Virus record (IMG/VR): IMGVR_UViG_3300018080_007205
Reading direction: 5' to 3' (one strand)
From: an uncultured virus (IMG/VR IMGVR_UViG_3300018080_007205)
Lineage: Duplodnaviria > Heunggongvirae > Uroviricota > Caudoviricetes
DNA: 64,000 nt
Positions 27,345-36,897 of the stretch are shown piece after piece. Below the pieces are notes generated by a model that searched no databases, was not told the origin of the DNA, and worked only from the letters and a program-made list of their open reading frames with translations. Within the stretch, counting starts at the first letter, position 1, and each line of letters opens with the position of its first letter. Both the position numbers and the translations under genes were made by a program.

Positions 27345-29693
27345 TTACTCCTTGGGATCGATGATAATAAACTCGACGCGACGGTTTTTTGACATGCCGT
27401 CGACGGTTTCCGTTGTATCAACGCGCCTGGATTCGCCATAGCCGATCTTATCCAGGCGGTCCGGACTGACACCATGTTCGATCAAGTAATTGTACACGCT
27501 TTTTGCCCTGCGCTTCGACAGGTCGAGGTTGTACTCGTCGCTTGCGCGATGATCCGTATGACCCTCGACCATCACCTTGCGCACCCACAAATGCTTCCTA
27601 AGCAGCTCAATAACCTTGTCCATGGTGGCTCGACTCTGCGGCAGGATGACATCCTTATCGGTTGCAAAGTAAACCGGAGGAAGAAAGATGGTCTGCTTAA
27701 TGATCTTCACCTTGACCGGAACGGGCACGACCACGGTTCTTGTTTCAGTTCTAACCCTTGTCTTCACAATGGTCCTAGGATTTGGACAGACCTTCTCCGG
27801 ACGTCCGTACTCCCACGACAGACCGGCGAGCACGCGCCACTGCGGTACACCAATGCCGCGTGTCAACCCGGCACCGCCGCCGATGTCTGCCGCCAACCCA
27901 TGCGGAAGGTATGTGCGAAGTCCACCGATCAGTTCGGCAGATCGCTCTTCTGTGTCAAACTCAAAAGCAGACATGGCAAAGCTGGCATCGCCGATGAAAT
28001 CGAGCTTCTTCTTCCACAGTGGTATGCGTACACCAAAACCAGCAGTCATACCATCATCAAGCGTGATCGTCTGTTCGCCAAACCGAACGGTGTCGTCTAT
28101 CCTTGTCTGCCAGCCGATGCTTAGGCTCGCATCGAAGCGCTTGTGGTAGACGGTCGCCACGGCCTCCGGGGCAAAAAACACGCCTGTGCTGTTTCCCAGC
28201 AGCTGTGATGTCCTGCCGCTAGGAAGACCGAGGGTTCCGACCAGAGCCAAAGCCGCATTGTCGTTTGCTCCAAGAAGAACCTTGGTCGAAATACGGGCGT
28301 CTCCCCAGCCACCCAGGATGTTGCTGGTTCGTCCGAGCGCTGCGATGTTTCCGTCTTCCTGGTGTAGAGTGACTGGCATTGCGATGCCAACCTCCAGCCT
28401 GTCGAACAGACCGAAGGCGACCATGAAATCGATGTCAGCGCGACCTTTGATGACCGTGTCAACGAGCTTGCCATCGCTTGCGCGCTGTAAAGCCAAGGGT
28501 CGGCGCGCATAGTTGAATAGAAAAGACGAACGAAAATGCCCATGATTAGACACTTTCGCCCCATCAACTGAATAGTAGCCGCCGGCATGCGGGGTCGGCG
28601 CCAAGCCTGGGACTGGAAGGGTAAGATCGTCTGCGCCAGCCGTGGCTGGCAATAGAACCAGAAGCGCCAAAACTAGAAGGCCTGTAGCGCGCCGTCTGAG
28701 CAGGAGCAGCCCAGCAGCCAGGAGACCAAGCAGGGCGATGCCGCCTGGAGAACTTTCGTTTGTCATGGAACATCCTCCTCCCACGAGTTCAAGAGCCTTC
28801 TTTGGCTCCGGTTTTGGCTCTTCAAATCCGTTCGGACAGTTACATGGACCGTCCGACGCCATGATCACTTTCATGTCCACTGTCGCAGAAACGCCAGCAT
28901 CCAAGATAGGCATTGGTCCGCCTCCGCTGTCCGGTTCCAAAGTTCCGGCATCTGCCAGAACGGTGCTGTCGGGGACCACATCGGCGCTGTCAGGATCCGG
29001 CACTGTGCTATCCGGAATCGAAATGGCGCTGTCAGGATCCGGCACGCGAGGGTTGTCCGGGGCGGAAGACGCGTCTGGCAATGAAACTTGAGTTATGTCC
29101 GGCGCCAAAATGTCTGGTTTTGCGCCGGCATCCTGCTGTTGCCCAGCTGTCCCGTCCGGAATTTTTGCTAACGAATCCGGCTTTGGAGGCAAAACGAACG
29201 AATCGTGACGCGATATGTAGGCATCCGTGTTTGAAGACGGACCGGCATCGCACAGGCATGGCGGGCATTTCGGATCGCAAGGTCTGCACACTTTTTTGTA
29301 CCTACAGCACTTTTTCGTGATACAGTGCTGCTTGCATGACAGGCATTTGCCAAGGTAATCGCCATGCGCCAAATGCGCAGCAACCGCCGGCTGCCCGATA
29401 CAGATCGTGTGGGCGTTTTGCGGATTACCGGGAGGAATGTGACATACCACCCGCTTGTAACCACTACATTTCGGGGCTTTTATCTCATTGGAACATGGTC
29501 GTTTGTTCCAGCACTTCTTGATGATCCTACACTCTTTGACAATTTCCGTGCCGCACCGGCATTCCTTGTCGCATTGGCAGATACATCTCTGCTCCTTGTT
29601 GCCACACGCCTCGGAAGATTCGGGCAGCGACAGAAGCGCGGCAGCTACTACGGTCGCTACAAACTGCAATTTCATTACTGTTTCTCCTTTCAT
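27345..29693 (-). CDS. secreted Cys-rich / MYXO-CTERM-like / beta-barrel / OmpA-domain surface protein
   Basis: Signal peptide, Cys-rich region, PD-rich linker, GGGCS...LLLLRRR, barrel-like strands, EGHTD...NLDLSKRRA...GYGE...NRRVEF. Confidence 0.88.
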   Translation of the reverse strand: MKGETVMKLQFVATVVAAALLSLPESSEACGNKEQRCICQCDKECRCGTEIVKECRIIKKCWNKRPCSNEIKAPKCSGYKRVVCHIPPGNPQNAHTICIGQPAVAAHLAHGDYLGKCLSCKQHCITKKCCRYKKVCRPCDPKCPPCLCDAGPSSNTDAYISRHDSFVLPPKPDSLAKIPDGTAGQQQDAGAKPDILAPDITQVSLPDASSAPDNPRVPDPDSAISIPDSTVPDPDSADVVPDSTVLADAGTLEPDSGGGPMPILDAGVSATVDMKVIMASDGPCNCPNGFEEPKPEPKKALELVGGGCSMTNESSPGGIALLGLLAAGLLLLRRRATGLLVLALLVLLPATAGADDLTLPVPGLAPTPHAGGYYSVDGAKVSNHGHFRSSFLFNYARRPLALQRASDGKLVDTVIKGRADIDFMVAFGLFDRLEVGIAMPVTLHQEDGNIAALGRTSNILGGWGDARISTKVLLGANDNAALALVGTLGLPSGRTSQLLGNSTGVFFAPEAVATVYHKRFDASLSIGWQTRIDDTVRFGEQTITLDDGMTAGFGVRIPLWKKKLDFIGDASFAMSAFEFDTEERSAELIGGLRTYLPHGLAADIGGGAGLTRGIGVPQWRVLAGLSWEYGRPEKVCPNPRTIVKTRVRTETRTVVVPVPVKVKIIKQTIFLPPVYFATDKDVILPQSRATMDKVIELLRKHLWVRKVMVEGHTDHRASDEYNLDLSKRRAKSVYNYLIEHGVSPDRLDKIGYGESRRVDTTETVDGMSKNRRVEFIIIDPKE

Positions 29694-29806
29694 ACTCCGG
29701 TATGTCCGAAACCTCCGGACCCTCTACAGGTAGTTCCTAGTTTATCAACCCAGCCGATGGGGTCCCGTCTTATGGCAGAAACAACCAGCTGTGCTATCCT
29801 AGAACC
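29690..29806 (-). pseudogene. dut: dUTPase C-terminal fragment
   Basis: Hand-translated GSRIAQLVV...RGSGGFGHTGV* (motifs IV, V). Confidence 0.92.
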
Positions 29807-30967
29807 GTTCCCTTAAACTTGGACATTTTGTCCAGAGTCTTTGGGTTTGTACAGGGCACCGTAAGGTCCCTGAAGAAATCGCGAAAGTATGTTAGAGGCA
29901 GCATTTACATCTGCGTTTTCGCTGTAGTCACATTTCAAACATCTAAATACTTCGCCTTTGCGATTTCCCCTCTCGGTATGACCACAATTAGAACAGCGTT
30001 GAGAAGTATGAGCAGAGGGCACAGATCGAAAAGTAATACGATTACTTTCCGTTGCCTGTTGTAATCTGCTCAACCAATAACGATAATTCCAACTACCAAG
30101 AGAACGACGCATATTTTTATTCAAGCGCCGTTTGAGTTTTGTTTTATAATTTAAGTTCTTAAGTTTCTCTACAACAATCAGTTGCGGGCCTTCATTTACA
30201 ATTTCTTTAACTGTTTCATTTATGTATTGTTTTAAAGCATTTCTTCTTCGTTTTTGACTCTTCGAACCATATTTACATCTTTTAATCTTTTCAATATGTT
30301 GTTCAACTTCTTTTCCAAATTGTTTTCCATCAGAAGTAGAAGCAAGTGCTTTGATGCCCGTGTCTATTCCAATTAACTTACCAGAGGTTTTCTTTGGTTG
30401 AGTTTTTATCTCGAACACAAATTGAACATAACCTGGTGTAATTATATAAGCGTTTAGTCGTTTCCCTTTACTATTCCACTTATTGAACTGCCTGTGATAT
30501 TTAATTGGAATGTCTATAATTGTTTTATTTCCAATTGAAGAAAGATGTAACCATGCGTCAAATGAAGTATTCTTGTTTGACTGTAGATCAGCAATGGTTG
30601 AAGAACAACACATTCTTTTACCTTTGTGAATGGGCATCTTAATTTTGCTTGGTTTGTTCTTCCATCTTTGTTTTACAGATTGAATCATATCTATTGCTTC
30701 ACGAGCAGCAACTTTTCTTAACCTCGCAGATAACCAAGTTTCGGGCAGGTTAACCACATCTTTTAGCAATTGTGCTTTACCTATATTTTTGTCCCAAAAA
30801 TATTGAATAAAGAAATTACATACTTTGCCGTATTCAACAAGAATAGTTTCCAGTTTTTGTTTCTTATATTGTGTAGCAAATTTAATACTACATTTAACGG
30901 ATCGTGTGAATTTCATTTATTCCTCTTTTGTCTAAAAATGTCCAAGTTTATTGGCTACTGTTTAATA
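29805..30967 (-). mobile_element. TnpB-only insertion sequence (IS607/IS1341-like) inserted in dut
   Basis: AT-rich 1163-bp insert with GGT at both junctions; 16-bp inverted repeats at 29814-29829 and 30935-30950. Confidence 0.9.
29813..30916 (-). CDS. tnpB: TnpB RNA-guided endonuclease
   Basis: RuvC GIDTG, VVEKL, NADVNAA; TSQRCSNCG...FRCLKC zinc finger. Confidence 0.93.
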   Translation of the reverse strand: MKFTRSVKCSIKFATQYKKQKLETILVEYGKVCNFFIQYFWDKNIGKAQLLKDVVNLPETWLSARLRKVAAREAIDMIQSVKQRWKNKPSKIKMPIHKGKRMCCSSTIADLQSNKNTSFDAWLHLSSIGNKTIIDIPIKYHRQFNKWNSKGKRLNAYIITPGYVQFVFEIKTQPKKTSGKLIGIDTGIKALASTSDGKQFGKEVEQHIEKIKRCKYGSKSQKRRRNALKQYINETVKEIVNEGPQLIVVEKLKNLNYKTKLKRRLNKNMRRSLGSWNYRYWLSRLQQATESNRITFRSVPSAHTSQRCSNCGHTERGNRKGEVFRCLKCDYSENADVNAASNILSRFLQGPYGALYKPKDSGQNVQV

Positions 30968-31287
30968 CCCTTTGGCAAAGATACCGTCCTGTTTTCTAGG
31001 TTCACCAGGCAGACCTGAATCTCTCCCCTATATCCGCAGTCAACCGTCCTAGGAGAGTTCAGCACGGTCACCCCATGTTTTACCGCCAGCCCTGATCTGG
31101 GTCTTATCTGCCCTTCTGTTCCTAGGGGCAGCTCGACCGCTATCCCGCATGGTATCAGTTCGTATGCCCCAGGAATGATGGTCGCATCCTGGCATGAGAA
31201 AAGATCGACTCCTGCGTCTCCTGGCATTGCCCTGCGCGGCAGCTTTGCATCGACATGTAATCGCTTTATTTTTATCATCTTATTCAC
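30967..31287 (-). pseudogene. dut: dUTPase N-terminal fragment
   Basis: AGVDL, RPRSGLA, VDCGYRGEI; truncated at IS junction. Confidence 0.92.
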
Positions 31288-31681
31288 TCCTGGCTATAAA
31301 TCGGTCTTTGGAGCGCCTGACGATTTGCCAATCCAGCTGCCTAATAATGCGGTCAAGGCTGTATGGTCTTCCGTTTTTTGCGGGGTACATTTCGACAACC
31401 GCATAGGCTCCATTCCTGCTTACGCGCCTTATCTCTTTTATGAGGTTTCGGCGTTCCCGTTCAGTCATAAAACACATTAGGTAGTTGCACAATATGAGAT
31501 GGGCGCATCCGTCCTCGGCGGGAATGGGATCCCTCCCGAGATGGGCCTGTATGCCATAGTCTCCGGCAGCATCGACGGATATTACATTATACCCGTACAT
31601 GGATGCCAGGTTTGAGTTTCTCAGATTTCCGCAGCCCAAGTCGATGGCCACGACCCCCGGCCACCTTGGGATGCCTGGCAA
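31280..31681 (-). CDS. small class I SAM-dependent methyltransferase (5' end probably frameshifted)
   Basis: IDLGCGNLRNS, ILCNYLMCF. Confidence 0.75.
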   Translation of the reverse strand: MPGIPRWPGVVAIDLGCGNLRNSNLASMYGYNVISVDAAGDYGIQAHLGRDPIPAEDGCAHLILCNYLMCFMTERERRNLIKEIRRVSRNGAYAVVEMYPAKNGRPYSLDRIIRQLDWQIVRRSKDRFIARSE

Positions 31682-31732
31682 ATGCTTTCGCAGATAGGGC
31701 GTGGCTATCCTTTTTATGGCAGCGAAACACTC

Positions 31733-32905
31733 TCATTGAACAAGGATGGTATCGTCGTAGCTGAGAGTCAGGTCGTGCCGCCCGCCGGTCCCAAAGTTGA
31801 TGCCGGCAGCCTCCATCGCCTTGGTGGTCAGACGAATGCGTCCCCAGCGATCTACGGTGAATAGGCGTATCGTGGCCGCATCGACAAACTGATCTGCTTT
31901 GTCTAGGCGGATTCCATTGGCTTCGCGAACTGCGCGCACCTTGGTGCCCTCGGTCCACCCGAGCCGCGAAATCCACACGCCCGGAATCTCAAGGCGACCG
32001 TCACCTTTCTGAATCCGCGTACATGTCCTGGACGCCACGTTCAGCACGCGCGTCGAGGGGGTCGATGAAGATGATGTGATGAAAAGCTGCTGGACCGGCG
32101 CAGCTGTGGGTGCAGGTGCCGGAGCCGCCGGCGCGGCAGCCGGTGCCGGCTTGCTTTGGGGACCTCCGTCCGCCTTTGGCGGCGGAAGCGCCTTCTGGCT
32201 TCGCTTTCCGTTGTCGTACTCGTTGGGATCGGTGGTCAGGTGGTGGTACAGGAACGCCGGCACCGACTTTCCGTTTTTCAGGGTGACATTGATGGTCGTG
32301 CGGATGTACCCATGGTTGTCCATCTTTCCGTTGGCGTACGCCGTGCGCACGAGGTGCGCCACCTCGCGGTGCCGTGTGACCAGACCGTCCTGCTTTGCCT
32401 GGTTGCTGACATCCAGGCTGGTGAACGATTCCATGTCGCCACAGAGCCCGTCGATGATCTCGTGCGTCTTTGTTTCGGTGTTCATTTCGTTCTCCCTTCC
32501 GGTTTCTTCACATACCAGCGGCGCCCCGCCGTACTTTGGCACTTTCTTGTTTTTTTTCTTACTGAAGACATACCTTCCCGGCTCCTTCAGCACATGCGGA
32601 TTTCCATACTGTATGCGTATGATTTTGAGCTTTTCGTCTCGGTCCATCTTGGACCACGGCTTGAATTCTTTTCCCAGACCAGGGCTGTTAACCAGCATGT
32701 TGTCTACCCTGACCTTTATATCGCTGATGATATGGTCAAGCGCGTCAGCACAAGTGCTACATCCCGACATCATGCTTTTTCCGTCCCTTGAAACAAACCA
32801 TTCGACTTTCGCAGGCGACCAAGCAGCCTTCTCAACCTTTATCACGAAGCCTTTATAGATTTCTTCAACCATGAAAGGCTTGCCGTTGGCATAGCGTATC
32901 AGCAT
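31733..32905 (-). CDS. hypothetical protein with C-terminal AbrB-like repeats (possible internal start 32485)
   Basis: FTSLDVSN, P/A linker, DGRLEIP and VDRWGRIRL motifs. Confidence 0.65.
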   Translation of the reverse strand: MLIRYANGKPFMVEEIYKGFVIKVEKAAWSPAKVEWFVSRDGKSMMSGCSTCADALDHIISDIKVRVDNMLVNSPGLGKEFKPWSKMDRDEKLKIIRIQYGNPHVLKEPGRYVFSKKKNKKVPKYGGAPLVCEETGRENEMNTETKTHEIIDGLCGDMESFTSLDVSNQAKQDGLVTRHREVAHLVRTAYANGKMDNHGYIRTTINVTLKNGKSVPAFLYHHLTTDPNEYDNGKRSQKALPPPKADGGPQSKPAPAAAPAAPAPAPTAAPVQQLFITSSSSTPSTRVLNVASRTCTRIQKGDGRLEIPGVWISRLGWTEGTKVRAVREANGIRLDKADQFVDAATIRLFTVDRWGRIRLTTKAMEAAGINFGTGGRHDLTLSYDDTILVQ

Positions 32906-32908
32906 CGG

Positions 32909-33223
32909 TCAGTCCAACCTTCCCCATTCAAACTCTGTTCTTATTCCGTGATCCTCCAGAAACTTCTGCGCAGCATCGACGCAGTAGCTTCCATCGCTCT
33001 GACCGGGCGAGCCCACGACGAGCTTCCTGCGAGGATACCTGGCGCGCGGGGGAGCATACGCAACCGACAGACCGGCACCCAGCACGCACGAGCCGAAATC
33101 CCCCGGCTTTCCCGGACCGTACATGGACTTGCGCCAGATTTCATAGGCTGCCGCAAACAGATGGCTCAGTTTCTCCAGATCCCCGTCCTGGTACGCCTCG
33201 GTGCCGTTGGCGAACTTTCTCAT
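32909..33223 (-). CDS. hypothetical protein
   Basis: GGAGAGG RBS before MRKFANG. Confidence 0.65.
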   Translation of the reverse strand: MRKFANGTEAYQDGDLEKLSHLFAAAYEIWRKSMYGPGKPGDFGSCVLGAGLSVAYAPPRARYPRRKLVVGSPGQSDGSYCVDAAQKFLEDHGIRTEFEWGRLD

Positions 33224-33523
33224 TTTCCTCTCCATAAAAAAGTGCCTAGGGCGGGTGTCTCTTCCGCCACAAGCCGTAGCGCGATTCGGAAGCCGCAATC
33301 GCCCGGGAGTATCCCGCCTTTCGCGAAACGACCGCTGACAACTAAACACGCCCGCTGTGCCGCATGGCGGTTACCCATACGGTTTGTGGATGGGCGGCAT
33401 CTGACCCGGCAACTCAGACAAAAGTTCACTTTTGTAATAATAGAAGATGAGCGGATACTACATATATGCCAGCTGCCCTATTTATAAAAACCATTACTAC
33501 AAAAAAAGTGAAAACGCTCCCTC

Positions 33524-33886
33524 CTATCCCAGCATGCGCCTCCACCATGAAACCAGCCACCAAGGGCGCATTGATTTCCTATAGTTCAAAGCCGCCTGTA
33601 GGATCCCCAGTTTGGCTTCAAGTTTATCGATTTCTCCCTTTATTTGTGAGATCTCGCGCTTGATGTCGTAATCCGTGCCCATGCCGTCGTTGTGCCAGGC
33701 AGACATCTCCCCCTTCACGATCCCAAGCGCCATGGAGCACTCGGTATCTTTGGCGGACATCTCCGCTTCCAAGGAGGCTATTCTGGCATGTGCGGCTTCA
33801 AGATCGCTGCGGTACGGTCCATCCCGCCCGTCTTCCTTCTGCTTGCGCGTTTCCTCGAACATCGGATCAAGATCAAGTTTGCTCAT
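33524..33886 (-). CDS. coiled-coil hypothetical protein
   Basis: MSKLDLD..., GPYR, heptads, RPWW tail. Confidence 0.6.
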   Translation of the reverse strand: MSKLDLDPMFEETRKQKEDGRDGPYRSDLEAAHARIASLEAEMSAKDTECSMALGIVKGEMSAWHNDGMGTDYDIKREISQIKGEIDKLEAKLGILQAALNYRKSMRPWWLVSWWRRMLG

Positions 33887-33888
33887 TC

Positions 33889-34671
33889 TTACAGCTCCGC
33901 GACAATCGACCCGGATTGGATGGACAGCGAGCCGGCAATCAATGCTCCCCTGGAAGCCATGATATGAAGTCCGATGTGGTTCATCAGCTCCCCAGGATGG
34001 TTGGAGGAATCGAACGTGGCGCACCCAGGCTTGTATACGATGATTCTCATTTCCCCGATTGCCTCGGCGTACGCTTTCCTTCTTTTGCCGACGGATGTGA
34101 GCATGCCGTGGTTCCTTGCCGACAGCAGGCTCGTCACCAGGTCGAGCACGCATATGTCGGTACAACAGCCCACTATAACCACATCGCGCACATCCTTAAG
34201 CTCATCGACGAGCTGGTTGTAGTAGGAGTTTTTATATGGACGCTGTATTTCCGCCCCGACAAACCCGTTGATACAATCCTTGTCAATAGATGAAACACGA
34301 CCACCCCTGCGCTTGCCCCACAGCCAGCCAAGATCGGGGTCCAGGTCTTCTTCCCCGGTGCCCTTCACGCAATGTGGCGGATAGGGCGGCTCCGGAACAT
34401 CCGATCTGTGACAGTCCCTCAAAATTACTATGCGCCCGTCTCCACGGCTGTAGCGGCTCAGGAACGCCTTGGACAGACGGCAGATATGAGCAACCATCGG
34501 AGCCATGGATTTTCTGTCAGCCAGCGCCCCGTGCTGTGTAAACCCACGAACCGCATCCACTATAATAAGCACAGCGCTGCTGTTGCCATTGTGATCCGTG
34601 TCGCCACCGCCATGACGGAGCATGATGTCTTGTATGTCGACCGTCAGATGCTGCTCAAGAGACTGTGTCAT
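33889..34671 (-). CDS. pncA: nicotinamidase (cysteine hydrolase family)
   Basis: IIVDAVRGF, DCH, YPPHCVKGT, KDCINGF, VGCCTDICV. Confidence 0.85.
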   Translation of the reverse strand: MTQSLEQHLTVDIQDIMLRHGGGDTDHNGNSSAVLIIVDAVRGFTQHGALADRKSMAPMVAHICRLSKAFLSRYSRGDGRIVILRDCHRSDVPEPPYPPHCVKGTGEEDLDPDLGWLWGKRRGGRVSSIDKDCINGFVGAEIQRPYKNSYYNQLVDELKDVRDVVIVGCCTDICVLDLVTSLLSARNHGMLTSVGKRRKAYAEAIGEMRIIVYKPGCATFDSSNHPGELMNHIGLHIMASRGALIAGSLSIQSGSIVAEL

Positions 34672-34937
34672 CCTCTCGCCTTTTGCTTGTGCTTGTGGTT
34701 TTCAAACCACATGCAGAGCCGTTTGGTGTTTCGCTCAGCTACCTGGACAAGCTCCTCCGTTATCTCATCGGGACCCTTGCCGTCGTAGTAATGGACGCCG
34801 CCCCTACAGTCGCCAGAGCACCAGACACAATACAGAGCGGCGGCCAGCGCCTTGTTCTTTTTCTCCAGCGCCTCGCGCATTATGGTGATTTCCCGCCGCA
34901 GGTTGGCTATGATCTCATCCTTGTCCTTCTTGACCAT
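34668..34937 (-). CDS. hypothetical protein
   Basis: GGAGG RBS; VWCSGDC.GG, AERNTKRL. Confidence 0.7.
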   Translation of the reverse strand: MVKKDKDEIIANLRREITIMREALEKKNKALAAALYCVWCSGDCRGGVHYYDGKGPDEITEELVQVAERNTKRLCMWFENHKHKQKARG

Positions 34938-34950
34938 TTTTGACCTCCAG

Positions 34951-35421
34951 CTAGATGACCATGCAGCACCCGCCGGGGGCTGGCAGCTCGGTTCCGTCCG
35001 AGTTGTTCCTCAGGACGACCCTGCCGTCGTCCGCAACCCTGTCCACAGTCCAGCGGTTTGGTCGTGACCGGGGCAGCGGCGGAGGCTCAAGAGCCACTGT
35101 GGCGCCAATCAGGTGGCGGTAGCTTTTCTTGTCCGGAGCCTCTTGCCGACCACCAGCCGCATCGAAGAGGGCGTCCGCGACCTTTTCCCATTTTACCAGA
35201 GGTATCGACCGGTTGTCCGTTTCTTTCTCCCAGTACACATCCCACCACGCATTGATGCCGTCGCCGTCCATTCTTATCCTGACGTTGTTGTCGATCGGGA
35301 GGAACCCGCGCACATTGGCTTCCGCAGAAGCACGACCGGCATCCTTAAGCAGCTCAAGCACTATGTCCCGCGTAAAGCCGTGCTGCGACACCATCCTGTT
35401 CAGGAACTCAAGGCGCGTCAT
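34951..35421 (-). CDS. hypothetical protein
   Basis: ATGA-coupled to PARP gene. Confidence 0.65.
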   Translation of the reverse strand: MTRLEFLNRMVSQHGFTRDIVLELLKDAGRASAEANVRGFLPIDNNVRIRMDGDGINAWWDVYWEKETDNRSIPLVKWEKVADALFDAAGGRQEAPDKKSYRHLIGATVALEPPPLPRSRPNRWTVDRVADDGRVVLRNNSDGTELPAPGGCCMVI

Positions 35422-36896
35422 TGTTTCGACTGAAATTCCACTATGTAGCGCAGCCTATGCTGCTGTCCGGACCCGGACGACTGGTATGTCATGTTCTCCG
35501 AGTTGTACAGGGACCTGCCCGGCACGGCGTACACGCTGTGGTGCCCCCGCGGCGGCTCCCTGAAAAACTGCGACGAGTACACGATGTGCGGCTGCCCCAC
35601 GATGACATCCTCCAGGAACAGGTACGATCTCTCCTGCCTGCTGTCCCCCGCCCAGTACGATCCGCGGCAGCCGGTATAGTTCATCGACTTCGACGAGCTT
35701 TCGGCATGGTACAGGGCATCTCCGAACATTGATCCTGTGTGGACGGCTCCGGCAGGGCGTATGAGCAGCCCGCGGGTGATGATGCCGACCATGTTCTGCG
35801 GTCTCGTTCCGTGCCACAGCGGCCAAACATTGGCGGTCGTAAACAGCTTCCGCTCGCCCTTCGACAGGTCGGGTCTCACCAAAGTGGTGTACTTCGGCTG
35901 CGGACATTTACCCTTCACCTCGCCGGCTATCTTCTCGGCCGATGCCATGAAGTGGCTTTCCTCATTGCTTCTGGCCAGCCTGAAAGCGTCGAACACTTTG
36001 ATGTTGCCCAGAAAGCCATGGTTGCTGGCTCGCGTCTCGCGAACCAGCTTCTCGATCCACTTGAAAACCTTGTCATTGCGGTCGATCCACTTTAGTTCAG
36101 CCTTGAGTTCGGCGTACTGGGAATCGACGGGCGACTTTTTGGACAGCACCGACGCCACATTCTTGGCGTCCAGGAATGTGTCCAGCGTGTCCTCCTTGGT
36201 CATGATCTTGTCAATGTTGTCGAGCCTTAGTTCGTCCGTGTTGATCTTGCGCGGCAGGACATGCGGAATAAGGCTGTAGAACTGCGAAGTCAGCACATCA
36301 TACTGTGACAAGGACGTCTTTGCCTTTGCCAGCACGCGCTTGCGACACTCTTCGAGAACATCGCGCCCCTTGTCGATTTGGTCCTTGGTCAGCTGCCCGA
36401 GCGGGCATTTCAGGGTCATCTCGACAAACTGCTTCGTGTCCCCGAACCATGTCCGCACCAGCCGCTGCACCTCCGGGTGGAGCGAGCTGCCGGACGCCTT
36501 GACCTTCACGCCCTTGATGTCGCCCATTGGCTTGGTGATCTGCTTGGCTCCGTCGGAGCCCACGCTGGTGATCGCCAGCTCTACCTCGCGATACGGGTTC
36601 CTCTTCCGGTCGCGCTTCTTCTTGATCAGGGATTCGTAGTCGTTTAGGCACGCATTCTCGGACGGATAATATCGGTATTCTTTCGTTCCAGAAACCCCCA
36701 CGCGCCCGTAGACTGTATGAATGCGCGCTCGTCCATTGCTGGCTACCTGGATTTCTGCATGGTAGAACTTGTTGGAGTTCTTAGATAATTCTGTGCAGTT
36801 CCCCTCCCACCGTTTCGTGACCTTATAGTCCGAAGGGAAGTCTGGCTGCCCGGAGTCTTTGGCTTTCCAGGCTTTAACTTTCATCGACGCCCCCAC
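35418..36896 (-). CDS. WGR-domain poly(ADP-ribose) polymerase-like protein
   Basis: NKFY..YGRVG (WGR); PLGQL, FYSLIPH (regulatory); WHGT, GSMFGDALYHA, SKSMNY, NSE (H-Y-E). Confidence 0.92.
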   Translation of the reverse strand: MGASMKVKAWKAKDSGQPDFPSDYKVTKRWEGNCTELSKNSNKFYHAEIQVASNGRARIHTVYGRVGVSGTKEYRYYPSENACLNDYESLIKKKRDRKRNPYREVELAITSVGSDGAKQITKPMGDIKGVKVKASGSSLHPEVQRLVRTWFGDTKQFVEMTLKCPLGQLTKDQIDKGRDVLEECRKRVLAKAKTSLSQYDVLTSQFYSLIPHVLPRKINTDELRLDNIDKIMTKEDTLDTFLDAKNVASVLSKKSPVDSQYAELKAELKWIDRNDKVFKWIEKLVRETRASNHGFLGNIKVFDAFRLARSNEESHFMASAEKIAGEVKGKCPQPKYTTLVRPDLSKGERKLFTTANVWPLWHGTRPQNMVGIITRGLLIRPAGAVHTGSMFGDALYHAESSSKSMNYTGCRGSYWAGDSRQERSYLFLEDVIVGQPHIVYSSQFFREPPRGHHSVYAVPGRSLYNSENMTYQSSGSGQQHRLRYIVEFQSKQ

Positions 36897-36897
36897 C

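Noticed and set aside
29805..30967. IStron (group I intron-IS hybrid) that would splice out of dut
   Set aside because: Only ~50 nt lie outside the tnpB ORF, too little for a group I core, and no P7-like motifs were recognised.
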